Origin: Takakia lepidozioides
Taxonomy: Eukaryota > Plantae > Bryophyta
Assembly: GCA_030704615.1 (NCBI GenBank)
Contig: CM060732.1
Coordinates: 30,566,001-30,630,000, forward strand
DNA length: 64,000 nt
Direction: 5' to 3'
In this document: piece after piece, positions 13,709 to 26,460 of the stretch
Layout: the number at the start of each line of letters is the position of its first letter
Numbering within the stretch: position 1 is the stretch's first letter
Notes under the pieces: generated by a model
The model's input: the letters and a program-made list of their open reading frames with translations, nothing else
Told to the model about the DNA's origin: nothing
Databases searched by the model: none
Made by a program: the position numbers and the translations under genes

Positions 13709-14245
13709 TTTTATGTGAACTCAGGGGTGCTTCTGGGACACATTGTGTGTAAGAGGGGACTTCTTGTGGATCCCAGGAAAACAGAGGCCATTAAAGCCTC
13801 TCCACCACCAGTAAATGTTAAGAGTCTAAGGAGATTCCTTGGGCAAACCAGTTATTACGGAAGATTTGTCAAAAGGTATGCACGGATAGCAGCACCATTG
13901 AGCAAGCTTCTGAAGAAAGATGCAGTGTTTGCATGGACAGCTGAATGTCAACAGGCTTTTGAGGAACTTACATTGTCAGTAACAACTACACCTGTGCTGA
14001 TTAACCCTAACTGGCATGTAGTATTTCATGTTCACTGTGATGCCTCAGGAGAAGCATTGGAAGCAGTGTTAGCCCAGAATGTTACAGAAAATATAGATTC
14101 ACCTGTGTACTATGCTTGCAGGTTGATGAACAGTGCTGAAAGGAACTATAGCACAACTAAAAGAGAAGCACTGGCAATGATTTATGCAGTCAAGAAATCC
14201 AGGCATTACCTATTGGGACGAAAGTTTATGTTTTATGTGGATCAC
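13709..14245 (+). CDS. RT thumb/connection plus RNase H of the same pol, lying on the opposite strand (inverted segment)
   Basis: FYVNSGVLLGHIV...FLGQTSYY...HVHCDASG...ERNYSTTKREALA...FYVDH on the plus strand, between minus-strand RT and INT. Confidence 0.92.
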
Positions 14246-14323
14246 GTTGGTCTGGTATCTTGAATTGGAAATACCAGAGGGGTCCTGGTATGCAGTGCTA
14301 TTTCCTTTTAAGGCATGTAGGTT

Positions 14324-15240
14324 GTACACTTCTCTGGATTCAGGCCCAGACCTCTCATCCTGCATCTGGCCAGACATAACTCCAATTTATGCAAGTGCTC
14401 ATTCTTAGAGCTGTACACACTGAAATCATCCAAGAACACCTGCATGAAATCATCCAGATACTCATGAAAAGATTCACTTATCACTCTCTGAAAGGTTGCT
14501 GGTGCATTACAAAGTCCAAAGGGCATGACTTTGTATGCATAAGCACCCCAGTCTGTGATGAAAGCTGTCTTTCCCTGGTCTTCTTCTGCCACTTGCACTT
14601 GATTATAACCACTGAAGCCATCCATGAATGAGTACATCTCATGGTCTGCCACAGTGTCCAATACCGTTTCTGTGAATGGTAAGGGAAAAGGATCTTTCTT
14701 CGTGCAAGCATTCAACTTCTTATAGTTCACACAAACTCTCAGTTTACCATTTTTCTTGGGAACTATCACAATGGGTGACAACCAAGTTGTATACTCTATC
14801 GGATATATAAACTTAGCCTCAACCAACTTCTTGATCTCTTCTCCAACCTTCTGTGCATAGTTGGGATTCATTCTGTACCTTGCCTGCTTGATTGGTACTG
14901 ACCCTGGTTCCAGTTCAATCTTATGTTGACAAATTTAAGGTGGTATCCCTTTTAGATCCTCATAGCTCCAAGCAAACACATCTCTGTATTTGATAAACAA
15001 ACTCTTAGCTTCTTCAAAGAATTCTGGCTCCAAATCAGCTCCTACCTTCACCATCCTCGGTTCCTCTTCAGTTCCCACATTCACTTCCCTCACTTGCTCA
15101 TCAGCTGTGATTTTCCAACCAGTCACCACTTCATCCTGTAAACTCACAGTGGCTGGTTCCTCTAGGATTTCCATTTCTCCTTCTCTTTCTTCATAGAAAT
15201 GTGATGGGTAACTGCTGGTTTCCTCTTCAATTGGTGTTGC
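14324..15240 (-). CDS. Reverse transcriptase core (frameshifted)
   Basis: VFAWSYEDLKGI, SPIVIVPKKNGKLRVCVNY, MPFGLCNAPATFQR, FLDD, LNPEKC. Confidence 0.95.
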
Positions 15241-15309
15241 TGACACTACACCACAGCAGATACCTCTTAAACAACTTAGGCCTTCCAGCCGCATCTCTGC
15301 AACCTGCTC

Positions 15310-16059
15310 CTACTCTGGGTGTGCAGCGAACAGGGTAGCTTCCTGCTCCTCATCCAGTCCTCCCCTCCAGTCATACTCTCTGACCCCTCGAGGTCTTTTC
15401 GTAGCAGGTAATCTACTAGATTTCTTAGTGGTAATTTGTATCTCGTGCATCCCATTATGCACAGTTAGTAACTGAGAATTCCAGTCATGGAATACCCTGG
15501 CCTGTTTCAGCCACGGACGTCCCAATAATAAGGAGTAAGCCTCCATGACTTCATCCATCTTCAACACAATTACTGTGATCATAAAGATCATCTTCTGTAT
15601 CTGTATCTTAACTCCTCTTATCAATCCCAATGGCTGTACACTTCTTTGATCTGCCATTGTTACTGTAAATGGGGCTGGTTTCATGTTACTTAGACCAAGC
15701 TTCTTCCTTAATTGGTCTGTCATGATATTTACTCCAGAGCCTCCATCTATCAGTACATCAGTTAGTTCTGTGCTTCCAATTCTCAATTGGATTACTGGCA
15801 TAGAATCATCAAAGTCCATGACTATTTCTCGCCCTTCCGGCTTCACATTATAACTGGTCACCTTGCTGTTCAGGTCTGTATTTCCTGTCTCCTTGGCAAT
15901 TCGATTGATTGCTTGATACAGCATGTGTCTACAATAAGGTGCCACAGCCAATAGCTGTCCAATGGTAATCTCTGCTTTGGTCTGGCATATTACTTCAGCC
16001 AAAGTCCCTTCATTACTTTGCATGTCTGCAACTTCTTTCTTCCTTTCATCCTCACTCAC
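15310..16059 (-). CDS. Retrotransposon aspartic protease
   Basis: VLIDGGSGVNIM and LLLGRPWL motifs. Confidence 0.92.
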   Translation of the reverse strand: MSEDERKKEVADMQSNEGTLAEVICQTKAEITIGQLLAVAPYCRHMLYQAINRIAKETGNTDLNSKVTSYNVKPEGREIVMDFDDSMPVIQLRIGSTELTDVLIDGGSGVNIMTDQLRKKLGLSNMKPAPFTVTMADQRSVQPLGLIRGVKIQIQKMIFMITVIVLKMDEVMEAYSLLLGRPWLKQARVFHDWNSQLLTVHNGMHEIQITTKKSSRLPATKRPRGVREYDWRGGLDEEQEATLFAAHPE

Positions 16060-16139
16060 TTAAGTGGCAGATACCATAAGGGAAATGCAGAAGAGTACTC
16101 ATATTCCTGTGGCAAATTCCTCTGATTCTGATGGAGAAG

Positions 16140-17995
16140 ACTCTTGGATTATTTCTGTAATCCTGATTCCCTGGCTGGTAACTCCCCCTTGGATTACCCT
16201 GATAGTTGCCTCTGGAATTTCCTTGGTAATTCCCTCTTGAATTACCTCTCCCTTCCATGCCATTGTTATAACCACCAGGGCTACCATAGTGGTCCTGATC
16301 ATTGTTTCTTCTTGGTTGGGGTTGCACTTGATGCACCCTTACTTGCCTAGGTTCTCTTGCAGCTGTCCTTCTATTGTAGTAACAATTCTCAGTAGAATGG
16401 TTATCCATCTTACAGATGGTACAATGTTTCTCCTTCATGTGGCATTCAGTGGTGGTATGGCCTTCATTCTGGCACTTTGCACACCAAACACCCTTCCTTC
16501 AATGTGTTGCAGCCTCTGTGGCATACTTCTTCAAGATTTCTTCTAATCTTTTCTCATAGTTATCCCTCTTCAACTTCTCCTTTCTCTTACTCTTCCTTTT
16601 CAGTTCTTGCTCTTCTTCTTCATCTGACTCATCCTCAGAGTCATCGTCATCCATTTTCTCTCTCCTGAGCATTCCCAATTGCTCAATTGTGTTTGCTGTT
16701 TCAAATGCCTCCTCCACTATATTATGGGGTAACATATCCACTTTCTTTTGCAACTCTGGTCTTAGTCCACTCACAAACCAAGTCTTATGTAAACTTGGTG
16801 CTGGTACAGCAGCCAGCTTTTTCATCATCAATTCCATCTTTTCCATATACTCCTCAACAGTTTCATGCTTCTTTTGCTTTAACTGTTGTAAACTTCCATA
16901 TACTTCATCCTCAGTTTTACTTGTTCTGAACCTATTTCGGAATGCTGTATTCAAGCCATTCCAGGTTAAGAAATGATTATCAGGGAATCTTGCATACCAT
17001 TCACTTGCTTTCTTGATAAGTGAACAAGGAAACAATCTCATCTTGGCATCATCGCCATTCTCATTGTTCACTATACACATGTGCTCAAATTGGCTAATGT
17101 GTACATCGGGATCCCCTTTTCCTGAATATATTGGAAAATGTGGTTTTGCCCGTGTTGGTTGTAACGCCATCTGTGGCCCTTTCTTCTGCCCACTGACAGG
17201 TGTTGGCACCCTTGCTGGTGCTGGTCCTTGAGGACCTGTTGTATTTGTGGTGGATCTTCCACCAAGTGGTGGCCCCTGAGCACTCCTTGCTACTGGCCCC
17301 ACGATATTCACAGTATTCCCAGCTCCAGTTGCACTACTTCCCACACTCCCTGTCCCCTCAGAGCCCGATCCAGGCAGCCCGCCTGATCCCCCTAAGCCGA
17401 CACCTTCGTTGGCCTGTGATCCAAGTGCTCCACTTGATCCAGGTCCAACGGGTTGGAATGTCCTGGTTGTAGTCTCAACCTCAGCTGTTGGGTCTACTTC
17501 TTCATACTCTTCCTATTCCAATTTCTTCTCTCTATTTTCATCCTCCAAGTTCTGCCCTTGGGTTTCTTCTTCACTCATGTAACTCAACTGCAATGGTGTT
17601 GGAGAGTCTGAACTCTCCGTTGGCTCTGCCACATCCTCTCTTCCTTCTTCACCCTCCGCTTCAGAAACTGGAGTTCCTGCTTTTGGTGTTCCATGCCAAC
17701 TCTTATCAAAGATTTCTGTCAAATCTTTTATCCAGGGATGTACCTCAGATCTTTCACCTCGTGATTGATCTTCTTCCCGTACCAATTCCCTTAATCTTTC
17801 TTGCAAAGAAAAAGAAGAAGTGGCATCCAACTCTAGTTCTTCCGGTATGGGTGATGTACTCTCTGATCTTAATGGTGTGAGAGGTCCAGATGATTCCCCT
17901 ATGTCTATTCCTCTCTCCCAAAGATATGGATAACTAGCTTTCAGATAGCTTTCTTTTTGCTGAATATCTCTGGAGTCTAGCTTCTCTTTCATCAC
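16140..17995 (-). CDS. Gag (capsid plus zinc knuckles), frameshifted
   Basis: YSGKGDPDVHISQF...LKQKKHETVEEY...FVSGLRPEL; CTICKMDNHSTENC; an acidic upstream ORF 17513-17995 is probably its 5' part. Confidence 0.85.
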
Positions 17996-18020
17996 TCATG
18001 TCTCATGTCTTTCATTTCAT

Positions 18021-18608
18021 TTAATGTGGCAATAACCAAAACTCTCTTCTATAATATCTCTCGTATATGCCTGGGTTTCTTTCAAGCTTCAATGCACCCT
18101 TGGCTATACTAGAAGTCTTCGTTACCATATAACCATATGGCAAACAAGTCTGGAAAGCTGTTCTTGGTGTGAGTTTGATCCACAAAACATCCTTTGGAAT
18201 CCAATTCTTTATCAGTACAAGCTCTTCATGCATATGAGTATAAACATTCACCTTTCTTTCCTCCCAGCCTTCAAACTCTACTCGCTTAATGGATAGCAAT
18301 GCTATCACATAAACCAGTGTTGGTAACCAACGTGCTCTTCCTCTACAGGCCACCTGATAAATCATTATCACTCCTTTCTCCAGACCCCATTCAGGGTCAG
18401 CATCATGCACTCTTTTAAGAATGTTTTCCTTACAACCGTCTGGCAATTCCAAGAACCTCTGAAAGAATCTTTTGGACAATCTTTCCTTCTCAGTTTCACA
18501 GGGAATTTGATTCATATCAAATTCTTTAATTCTCCATCCACCATGATCCCACCAGATGCCTGTCACATCAGGTTGTTCATGACCCAGTTCCCCAGTATGG
18601 TCGCCAAA
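18021..18608 (-). CDS. Extra 5' ORF upstream of gag, unknown function
   Basis: Stop-free ~200-codon frame between the PBS and gag (ORF 18021..18716, which starts inside the LTR). Confidence 0.5.
   Translation of the reverse strand, partial: FGDHTGELGHEQPDVTGIWWDHGGWRIKEFDMNQIPCETEKERLSKRFFQRFLELPDGCKENILKRVHDADPEWGLEKGVIMIYQVACRGRARWLPTLVYVIALLSIKRVEFEGWEERKVNVYTHMHEELVLIKNWIPKDVLWIKLTPRTAFQTCLPYGYMVTKTSSIAKGALKLERNPGIYERYYRREFWLLPH
18589..18606 (-). promoter_or_regulatory. Primer-binding site, probably tRNA-Arg
   Basis: TGGCGACCATACTGGGGA, 2 nt after the CA end of the 5' LTR; resembles the Ogre/Tat-type Arg PBS. Confidence 0.8.
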
Positions 18609-19294
18609 TGTCGAGCGGCTTTTACTCACCCATCCCTTCGCTATCCGAGGTGGGAACTCCAAGATAGAGAAGTTGGAAATCTCTAAGCACTCAGCCCGCT
18701 CAGAACAATCAGTCATGACCTACAGCTAGTGTATCATGGGGGTATTTCTTATTTGTACTCCTTTCTGCATTCATGTTAACGAGTTACCTTACTGTCTGCA
18801 ATTAAGTATCAGTTTGCTTCCGAAATCTATCAAGTTCCATCCATTCATTCCACAGCTTCATTCAGGTCTCTCTACACAGTGTGAGTATGAAGTATGTATC
18901 AGATTAATATCTATCAAGTATCAGGCTGAAGCCATGGTGTCTATAATCTACTCTACATTACAATTCTACAGCTTGCATTCCTCAAGTAACAACAAATCGT
19001 CACTTCTCTTACCCCGTGCTCTTCATCTTTCCACTCAGAGATGTGCTCTCCCCTCAATTTCCAAGCCCTGATGCCCGAAGTCCCCCACCAAGAAGTGATG
19101 CCCAGACGTCCCCGCTCTTCGCTTTATCTCCCTACAAGCTATTCTAACCGCTTTCATAACTAACCGTCATTCATGTAGTACACGTTCTTTTTTCAGATGT
19201 CGTTCCCCCACAGTCGTTCCCTGCCAATGATAACTGTCCCCCAGCTGTGCCGAGCTATGACTGGCTGTATCAGGCTGTGGCGGGCTGTGTATCA
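18609..19294 (-). repeat. 5' LTR
   Basis: TG...CA termini; only a handful of differences from 6521-7200 by eye. Confidence 0.93.
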
Positions 19295-20918
19295 AGATGA
19301 AAGGCCTTGAAGCTAGAAAGCAGGTGCACACTCACATTATCCAAAGTGCACGCCAAATATTTTTCTATTCAACACCATTGTCAACATGTATGTTATGTGC
19401 GGGAGCATCATGGATGCTCAGCAAGTGTTCATCAGAATGCTTCAACGATCTTTCATCACGTGGAACACGATGCTTGCAGGGTGTGCACAGCAGGGGCGTG
19501 GTATGGAGGCCTTGGAGAATGTGGTGAGGGCACCTTCTTCTTCGACCTATTTCAGCATGTTTTTCCCTCTCATCAGACTCGGCTCTGAATTTACATATTG
19601 AGTTGTCAGGGACAATGTGGTGAGGGCACCTTCTTCTTTGACCTATTTCAGCCTGTTTTGCCCTCTCATCAGACTCGGCCCTAAGATGCATATTGAATTC
19701 TGTAAGTTAGCTCGTTGGGTGGATCTGTGGTGGTTTGGAATGACTAGAACAAGTAAATGTGGCAGCAGGAAAGTATCCAAAACAGATAACAAAGATGAGG
19801 AGAAGGTGTGGAATGAATACTTTGTTGACCCCAGTGAATGGTAGAACAACCGAGGTAAAAAGTTGAATGCCTATTAGATGACAAAGAGTAGCAGACGCAA
19901 TTCAGCATAGGAACAAGTGTGATTGGGTATTTCCTAGGTTGTCATTGTCAGCTGCTAGCAGCAAGGGCAAAGATGAATGCATGATTTGTGCAGAGGCCTG
20001 GATAGCTGAAGGAGAAGGGATAGAGTGTGGGTCCAGATTCATCCAAGAGGGCCGGACTTCAAGCTCCAGATTACCTATGATTCCATGTGGATCAATAGCT
20101 ACAAGAAACCTAAATGGGTAGATGGTCAACTAAAGGCAACAACTGCAGCGGCACAGTTGATAAAATCAGGCACGTCCTCAACCATGGCCGCAGCTTCTGA
20201 AAGAGGATCAAGAGAGAGAGTCCACAATGCCTTTCTGCGGGGCATGCGAAGATGCTTTGTGAGGCAGCCAGACTAACAAAGGCTCTAGGTCTGGAAGCTG
20301 GAATCAGGTGCACACTCACATTATCCAAAATGGATTCATGCCAAATGTTTTTTCTACTCAACACCCTTGTCAACATGTATGTTAAGTGTGGGAGCATCAT
20401 GGATGTTCGCCAAGATTTCTACAGAATGCCTCAGCAATCTTTTATCACGTGGAATATAATGTTGGCAGGATTTACCAAGCATGGGTGTGGTAGGAATGCT
20501 TTGGCGACCTATGAGCAAATGTTGCGCAAAGGGCTAAAGCCCAACCACATCACGCTTGCGCATGTTTGCAATGCGTGTGCAAGCCCGGGACCTCTGGAAA
20601 AGGGGAAAGAGGTCCATGGTGACATCGTCAAAGCTGGAATTGTACCAGATGTCATTCTAAATACTCCCCTGGTGGACGTCTATGCCAACTGTGGGTGCAT
20701 TAAGGATGCGAAGGGAGTTTTCAACACTATGGTTGAACCAAATGTGGTGTCATGGAACGCGATGCTTGCAGGGTATACACAACAGGGACATGGTATGGAG
20801 GCTTTGGAGACCTATGATCAAATGATGGGGGAAGGGGGGGCACCTTCTTCAATAGCACAATGGCTACAAGTGGGTAGATGGTCAACTGGAAACAGCAATG
20901 GCAGCAGCACAATTGATA
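19295..20918 (+). pseudogene. Degenerate PDF-PPR paralogue 2 with shuffled module order (PPR-PDF-PPR-PDF)
   Basis: PPR fragment 19295-19520; PDF exon GKYPKTDNKDEEKVWNEYFVDPSEW* (~19768-19862); IHPRGPDFKLQITYDSMWINSYKKPKWV (~20037); PLS triplet to ~20830; another WVDGQL piece at ~20870-20918. Confidence 0.88.
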
Positions 20919-22295
20919 GACGTGGGAGGTGCTCGAGGTTCAGAGGGAGTTGGCAGCCAAGGCGGCTGTGATGGATGAGGTTGGGGATTCTTCTCGGGTT
21001 GAGGAGGTCCTCAAGGATGAAATGATGGGGCAGGATGAGGCCTTGTCATTGACTGAGCAAGCAGGGAGTACTGCTCAAGAGGTTGCAACATAGCAACCAC
21101 TAGACGCGTCCTAGCAGTGCCCTTGCACTCTACCCCTTTAACCTCTGTCACAGATTTGGGTATAACTTGCACAGCAAAGATTTCCCTGGGCAGACTCTGC
21201 ATTGTTGGTATTGTTTGGTTCTCCGACCATGCCAGAGTTTTCATAGAGAACGGTGGCATGGTGAGACAGACGAGGAGATGGTGCCGGGATGGCATGCATC
21301 TATCTTTTTGTGTATCTTGGCATCGGGAGGTCAGGTTGGACCTATAAGAGGGATGACTGTAGACGGAGTGTCTGAGGACCCTGAGGCTAGAGATGAGCCA
21401 AGTGGTACCAGAGATATACATGAGGATTCAGTTGTGTTGGACTACCTCCGCACTGGACATACGGCAGCTAGTGTGATTGCCAAGGAGAGGGATCGGATCC
21501 TGCAACGAGCCAAGAGGTTCAAGTAGGGGGAGATACACCTGCTTTGAGTGTGGGAGGATGGTCGGGTGAGGATCGTGCCTCACCCAACACAACGTGCACG
21601 GTTAGTGCGGCATGCCCATAAGGAGTTGGGGCATTTTGGAGTGCGACGCACTCATAGTCTACTGCAGGGGCAGTATTGGTGGCGTGGTATGCACACAGAG
21701 GTGCAACAGTTTGTGGCTAGGTGCATGGTGTGTGATAGGGTGCGTGCTTCATTCAACGCCCCTACACCACATTGCATCATTTACCCATCATGGGATTGGG
21801 CTACAGGTGGAGTCTTGACTTCGCAGGGCCGTTGCCACTGACGATGCACCACCACATATATGTGTGGGTGATAGTGGAGCACTTCTCCAAGTGGATTGAG
21901 TTGGTTCCATTGCCTGATAAGGCTAGTGAGGGGCTGTGTATGTATTCTTGGATCGTGCACTTAGCTGATTCGTTGCTCCAGCTGAGGTACTCACGGACCA
22001 AGGGAGAGAGTTCTAGGGGGAGTTTCAGGCTATGTGTGATAAAGCCTTAATAGACCACCGTACCACTTCTCGGGATCATTTTGAGGCCGATGGCTTAGCA
22101 AAAAAAGTGGTGCAGACGGTAAAAAAATGTTTGCGCAAGTATGGCTTGCAAAAGAGACACCTAGAAGATTGGGATCTTCAGGTACCTTGGTTAGCCATGG
22201 GCTACAGATTTAGTAAGCAAGCATCACTTGCCTCCTTCTCACCATATTTCCTTCTTTTTGGCCGAGAGCCAGATTTGCATGCGTCTATGCGCAGG
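20919..22295 (+). mobile_element. Ty3/Gypsy integrase fragment, truncated by the CACTA element
   Basis: HAHKELGHFG...YWWRGM...CMVCDR, WSLDFAGPL, ADGLAKK in broken frames. Confidence 0.85.
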
Positions 22296-25200
22296 CACTA
22301 CAGCAAATGGGGGGGGGGGGGGGGTTTGCGATGCCAGCCGCGCCCCCACGCCCCGCGCGGCGCCAAGCGTGCGACGCCAACCAGACGGAGCCTGTTTGTG
22401 ACGCCGGCCCGCCGCAGCCAAACCCCGCGGGTCGCCACCTGCCGCCGGGGCCAGACGGCAACGCCTGGCCGTTGCACTGGCGGATGAAGGGCAGAAGGCA
22501 GCCCTTCTGTGCATCGCCCCCCAGCAAAGGGCAGAAGGCAGCCCTTTCTGGTGACGGCCGGTCGTTGCACGCCGAAAAAACACCCCTTTCTTGCCCTTTC
22601 TTTCATCGCAGCCCTTTCTTGCGACGCCCGGCCATCGCATGGTGGCATGAAGGGCAAAAGGCCCCTGCGATGGTCGGGCGTCGCAAACAGCCTGGCTGCT
22701 CTATTCTTTCAAAACAAAAGAACAAGTCACAGTTTGCGACGGCTGGCCGTCGCCGTTTGTGACCCCCAGCCTTATAAAAAAAAAAAAACGCGTCGCAGTT
22801 TGCGACGCGTGAGGGGTCGCAGGCAGCGACGGCAGGGCTTTCTAGGTTTAGATTTAGGGCCTTTGGGGGTTCTTAGTTTTTTTTTTTTTTTTTTTTTTTC
22901 CATATGGTACTGGGGTAGGGTGTTTTCTTTTCTTTATGGTTTAGCTTGTTGTTGTGGACCTTCTTGTAGATTATGACATTCATTTTGATAATTCTCTTGA
23001 TACCACATCTGTATGTGGTTCTCCAACATATTCATTGCCTCTGCCTTCTTTCTTGAAAGACTACCAGCCACAGCCATATTTGATCAATCATAGAAATAAG
23101 CTACAATATGCATGTACATGTACAATCAATCGAAAGGATGGGTATAGTTCGGTGCGAGAATTGTTATGTAGCTTTGATTTTGTGTCTAATCAACTTGAAC
23201 ATCATCATCCGGAGCTTCTTCATCCGCATCAAGCTGCAAGTCTTCTTGGTCATCGGAGTCATCGTCATAAATGGTCCGGCCCTCAAAAGACACCTCCGAA
23301 TCATCCTCCGCCTCGTTGTCAATGGCCGTGTCTTCGTCTCTTTCTCCAACATCCGTATCTTCTAGAGCTTCATTATATAGGGTCCGGGATGCATTGTCCA
23401 GGGCGTCATCATCCTCTTCTACCCCCTCTACCCAACCTCCATCATCAGCATCATTATGACTAGTCTCTCCGTCCACCGCAATTGCCTCACCCCATAGAGA
23501 TCCGAGACCATGATAGATACGTCTTCCTCTTGGCTGAGCATGCACAACCACCCTCCAATTCCCCCCTCTTGTTTTGTCATCGGAGAAGAAAACTTGCTCT
23601 ATGTCTGAAAGCCATGAAAAAAGCTCATCGAAGGGACGATGAGTAGGGTTGAGCCTATCTGCATTAACGCGCATGAAACCACAATCATCTTGCACTAGTG
23701 TTGCGGAGGGCCCCACAAGATGTGGTTGGATCCACCTTCCCTTGAAGAGAAGAGGCCGGTACCTTGTATACTGAAGTTAGAGTATGTTCTCAAGCTCTCC
23801 AATGTACAAGTTTGCTCATAGCAGGTCGTGTATCTCCCTTGGCCCACACGGAGTCTTGCCAATATGTGGCGCACAAGCCAGAATCAAAGGTTGTTTTGCG
23901 CTTCATGTCAAGAGCACGAATGCAGAAATGACGACCGTGAACCCAAACCGCCGTGTATGAGGTCGCGAATTGAGATGGGCCCCTTGCAATGTCTTGCACC
24001 AAATCTGAAACCACCTCTTCTTGAGCAACGACGTCATAAACTGAAGTTCAAAGCCACTGTTGGAATGAACTTAGAGGCTGCAATTCCATGGGCAAATTTT
24101 GTGAAGGAACATATTGGCGGTCTGCTCCTCGTCGTGGGAATCTAGTAACCGGCCTTGGATGGTTCCGCCTCCATGCAAGCGTCTCCTCCTCTCGTTGCTA
24201 AATAAGATTATTGTATCTTGCCTCCTACTTATGTATAGATGGGGTGTTCTTCAGTATGAAGTCATGCGCTTGCTCAATCACCAAGGTGGGCAATTTTACC
24301 CTCTTCGATTTTTTGGGCAAAACGATGTCCTTGCTTCGTGCATCCTCATCTTCCTTCCACATCCGAGGGGCTTCCTCATCCACCCTTGCCATGTACTCCG
24401 TGCAATAGAACATAGCTTCTTGCAACGTATACCCCTCCACTATGCTACCCTCCGGGTGTGCCATTTGTCTTACAAATCATTTCAAAGTCTTCATATAACG
24501 CTCAAGGAAGTACATCCATCGAGAATGAACGGGGCTGACAATCGAAGCCTCTTCCACTAAGTGCATTACCAAGTGCACTTGGATGTCAAAGAAAGAGGGA
24601 GGAAGGTGCATCTCCAACACATTACCTCCGCCGCCTCCTTCTTCATGCGTGGAAAATCTGCTTCCTCCAACTCTTTAGAGCAAATCCACCGGAACAAGCC
24701 TCCCAATCTATAGATTGTCTCATGAACCTTGGGAGTCAATGTCCCACATACTACAATGGGCAAGATGTCTTGCAATAGATTGTGGTAGTCATGAGACTTC
24801 AAACCATGGACCCCGTCTTCTTCGCTGAACTTCGTACGGAGGGATGACCCATAACCAGTTGGTGTTCGACAACACTTATGGTGGCTATCACTTTCTTGTA
24901 TTCCTCCTTTGTCCATTGCCAAGGTGCGCGCCTATACTTCCACCGTACAACACCCTTTGGGTCCACACCATTTTGTTCGGCCCATAGATGGTGCATGCGA
25001 CCCTGCTCTTCAAGCTCTTTTCTAACACCGAGAGAATCTCCTTTTGCAGCCACTCCCTTCTTTGCCGGCGTGCCATGAAGAACCCAAAAAAGGGACGAGC
25101 AGACATTCTTCTCAATATGCATGGGATCTAGAAGATGACAAATCTTCAGGTCCTACATATATCCCCACCCACAAATACTTACACAATTTTTTTTACGTAA

Positions 25201-26460
25201 AACTGACAATTCAACGCATACCAAATGTGCAATATCACATGCATGCATAGGGATATTGACGGTGTTTTTGTGGAATATGTAGCGCCCAATATAACAACTC
25301 GTAGAAGATTGAAAGTCGTTTCATGCCGGGCACGTCCACTTCACTGTCCGTGCCCGCATGGGCCTCCTTCCATCGGTCCTCCCAAAACTACCCGGATGGT
25401 GTTGTAGGGGGGGAGACATACTTCCTCTTTGCCATCAAACAAGTGTTTCTTTGTTCTTCTCCATCGATGGCTCATAGGAAGAAATTTGCGATAGTTGGAA
25501 TACACCATCTTGTGAAGATGGCGGGAGCTATGTACATCAAGATCATCGCCACAATGCAAGCATGCATGGTACCCTTTGGTGCTTAGCCCCGAGCAAACAG
25601 TTAGTCATGTACTACACATCCCGCCACATTAGCAAAAACAAAAAGTTGTCATGTGCATGGCCCATAATGCCATCTATCCCACTACGGTGCACAAGACTGT
25701 CGCCGCTACTTCAATCAATCCCAATCCTCATCGATCCGGCATTGACAAGTGAATGTACGCGGATTGTTCATGGGGAACATAATATACCTGGATAATCATG
25801 CATTGTCCAAAGCAAGATGCATCTCATCTGAAAAGATTGTCCGGCCCTAGGGTCAAGTGAAAAATCCAATGTCGGGACCCCCCTCCATAGCTCCTTAAGT
25901 TCATCAACAAGAGGTCGCAAGTACGTGTCCATGTTTGTCACTTGTTTTTTCCCTATGAGACATTCACATCATTGTTTCAATCCTCCACCAATATGCAAAT
26001 TATACTACAAAATGAATTACACGTCTTACTCCATGATTATGTCACTAATCAATCTTGCATCTGAATTGCGTCAGAGATCATAAGTTTAATGTAAAGTCCA
26101 AGGCAATAATAAACATGAAATGAGTACATTCATCTGACACAATGGCAGCCAACATGGTATGGCCTTTTTTAATTGAAAGATACGGAGGGATGTTGTAATT
26201 CACCATGGTCACCGGCCAAGTGGAATGAGTACATCACTGGACAGAAAATGGATTGACCCCATCCGAAGAGAAGCCGAGGTAGACATGTCGTGGGTCCTCC
26301 AAGAGAAAAGGCCACATCTCTTCAATATGCCTCCATGCTTGTGAATCTTGTGGCCCGCACACCTTTCTCGGAGGGCTCCGATGCGAGGCATGTCATCTCA
26401 TGAGTCTGGCCAATTCGGGCTTCGGTACCGTGCTCTCAATCGCGGGATGATCGGAAAGTA
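22296..26460 (-). mobile_element. CACTA/EnSpm transposon with degenerate Tnp2-type transposase; only one terminus found
   Basis: Starts CACTACAGCAAATGGGG with GCGACG subterminal repeats; minus-strand motifs DGVNPFS, LLWTMHDYPG, MHIEKNV, GLKSHDYHNLLQ, PEGSIVEGY and a DUF4216-like acidic C-terminus. Confidence 0.9.

Larger units (their letters stand above)
6521..19294 (-). mobile_element. Ty3/Gypsy (non-chromovirus-like) LTR retrotransposon, ~12.8 kb, with extra 5' and 3' ORFs
   Basis: Two nearly identical LTRs, a PBS, a PPT and the order gag-AP-RT-RH-INT on the minus strand. Confidence 0.95.

Noticed and set aside
22239-22976. Overlapping Arg/Gly/Pro-rich ORFs (also 38212-39199)
   Set aside because: GC-rich CACTA subterminal repeats, non-coding
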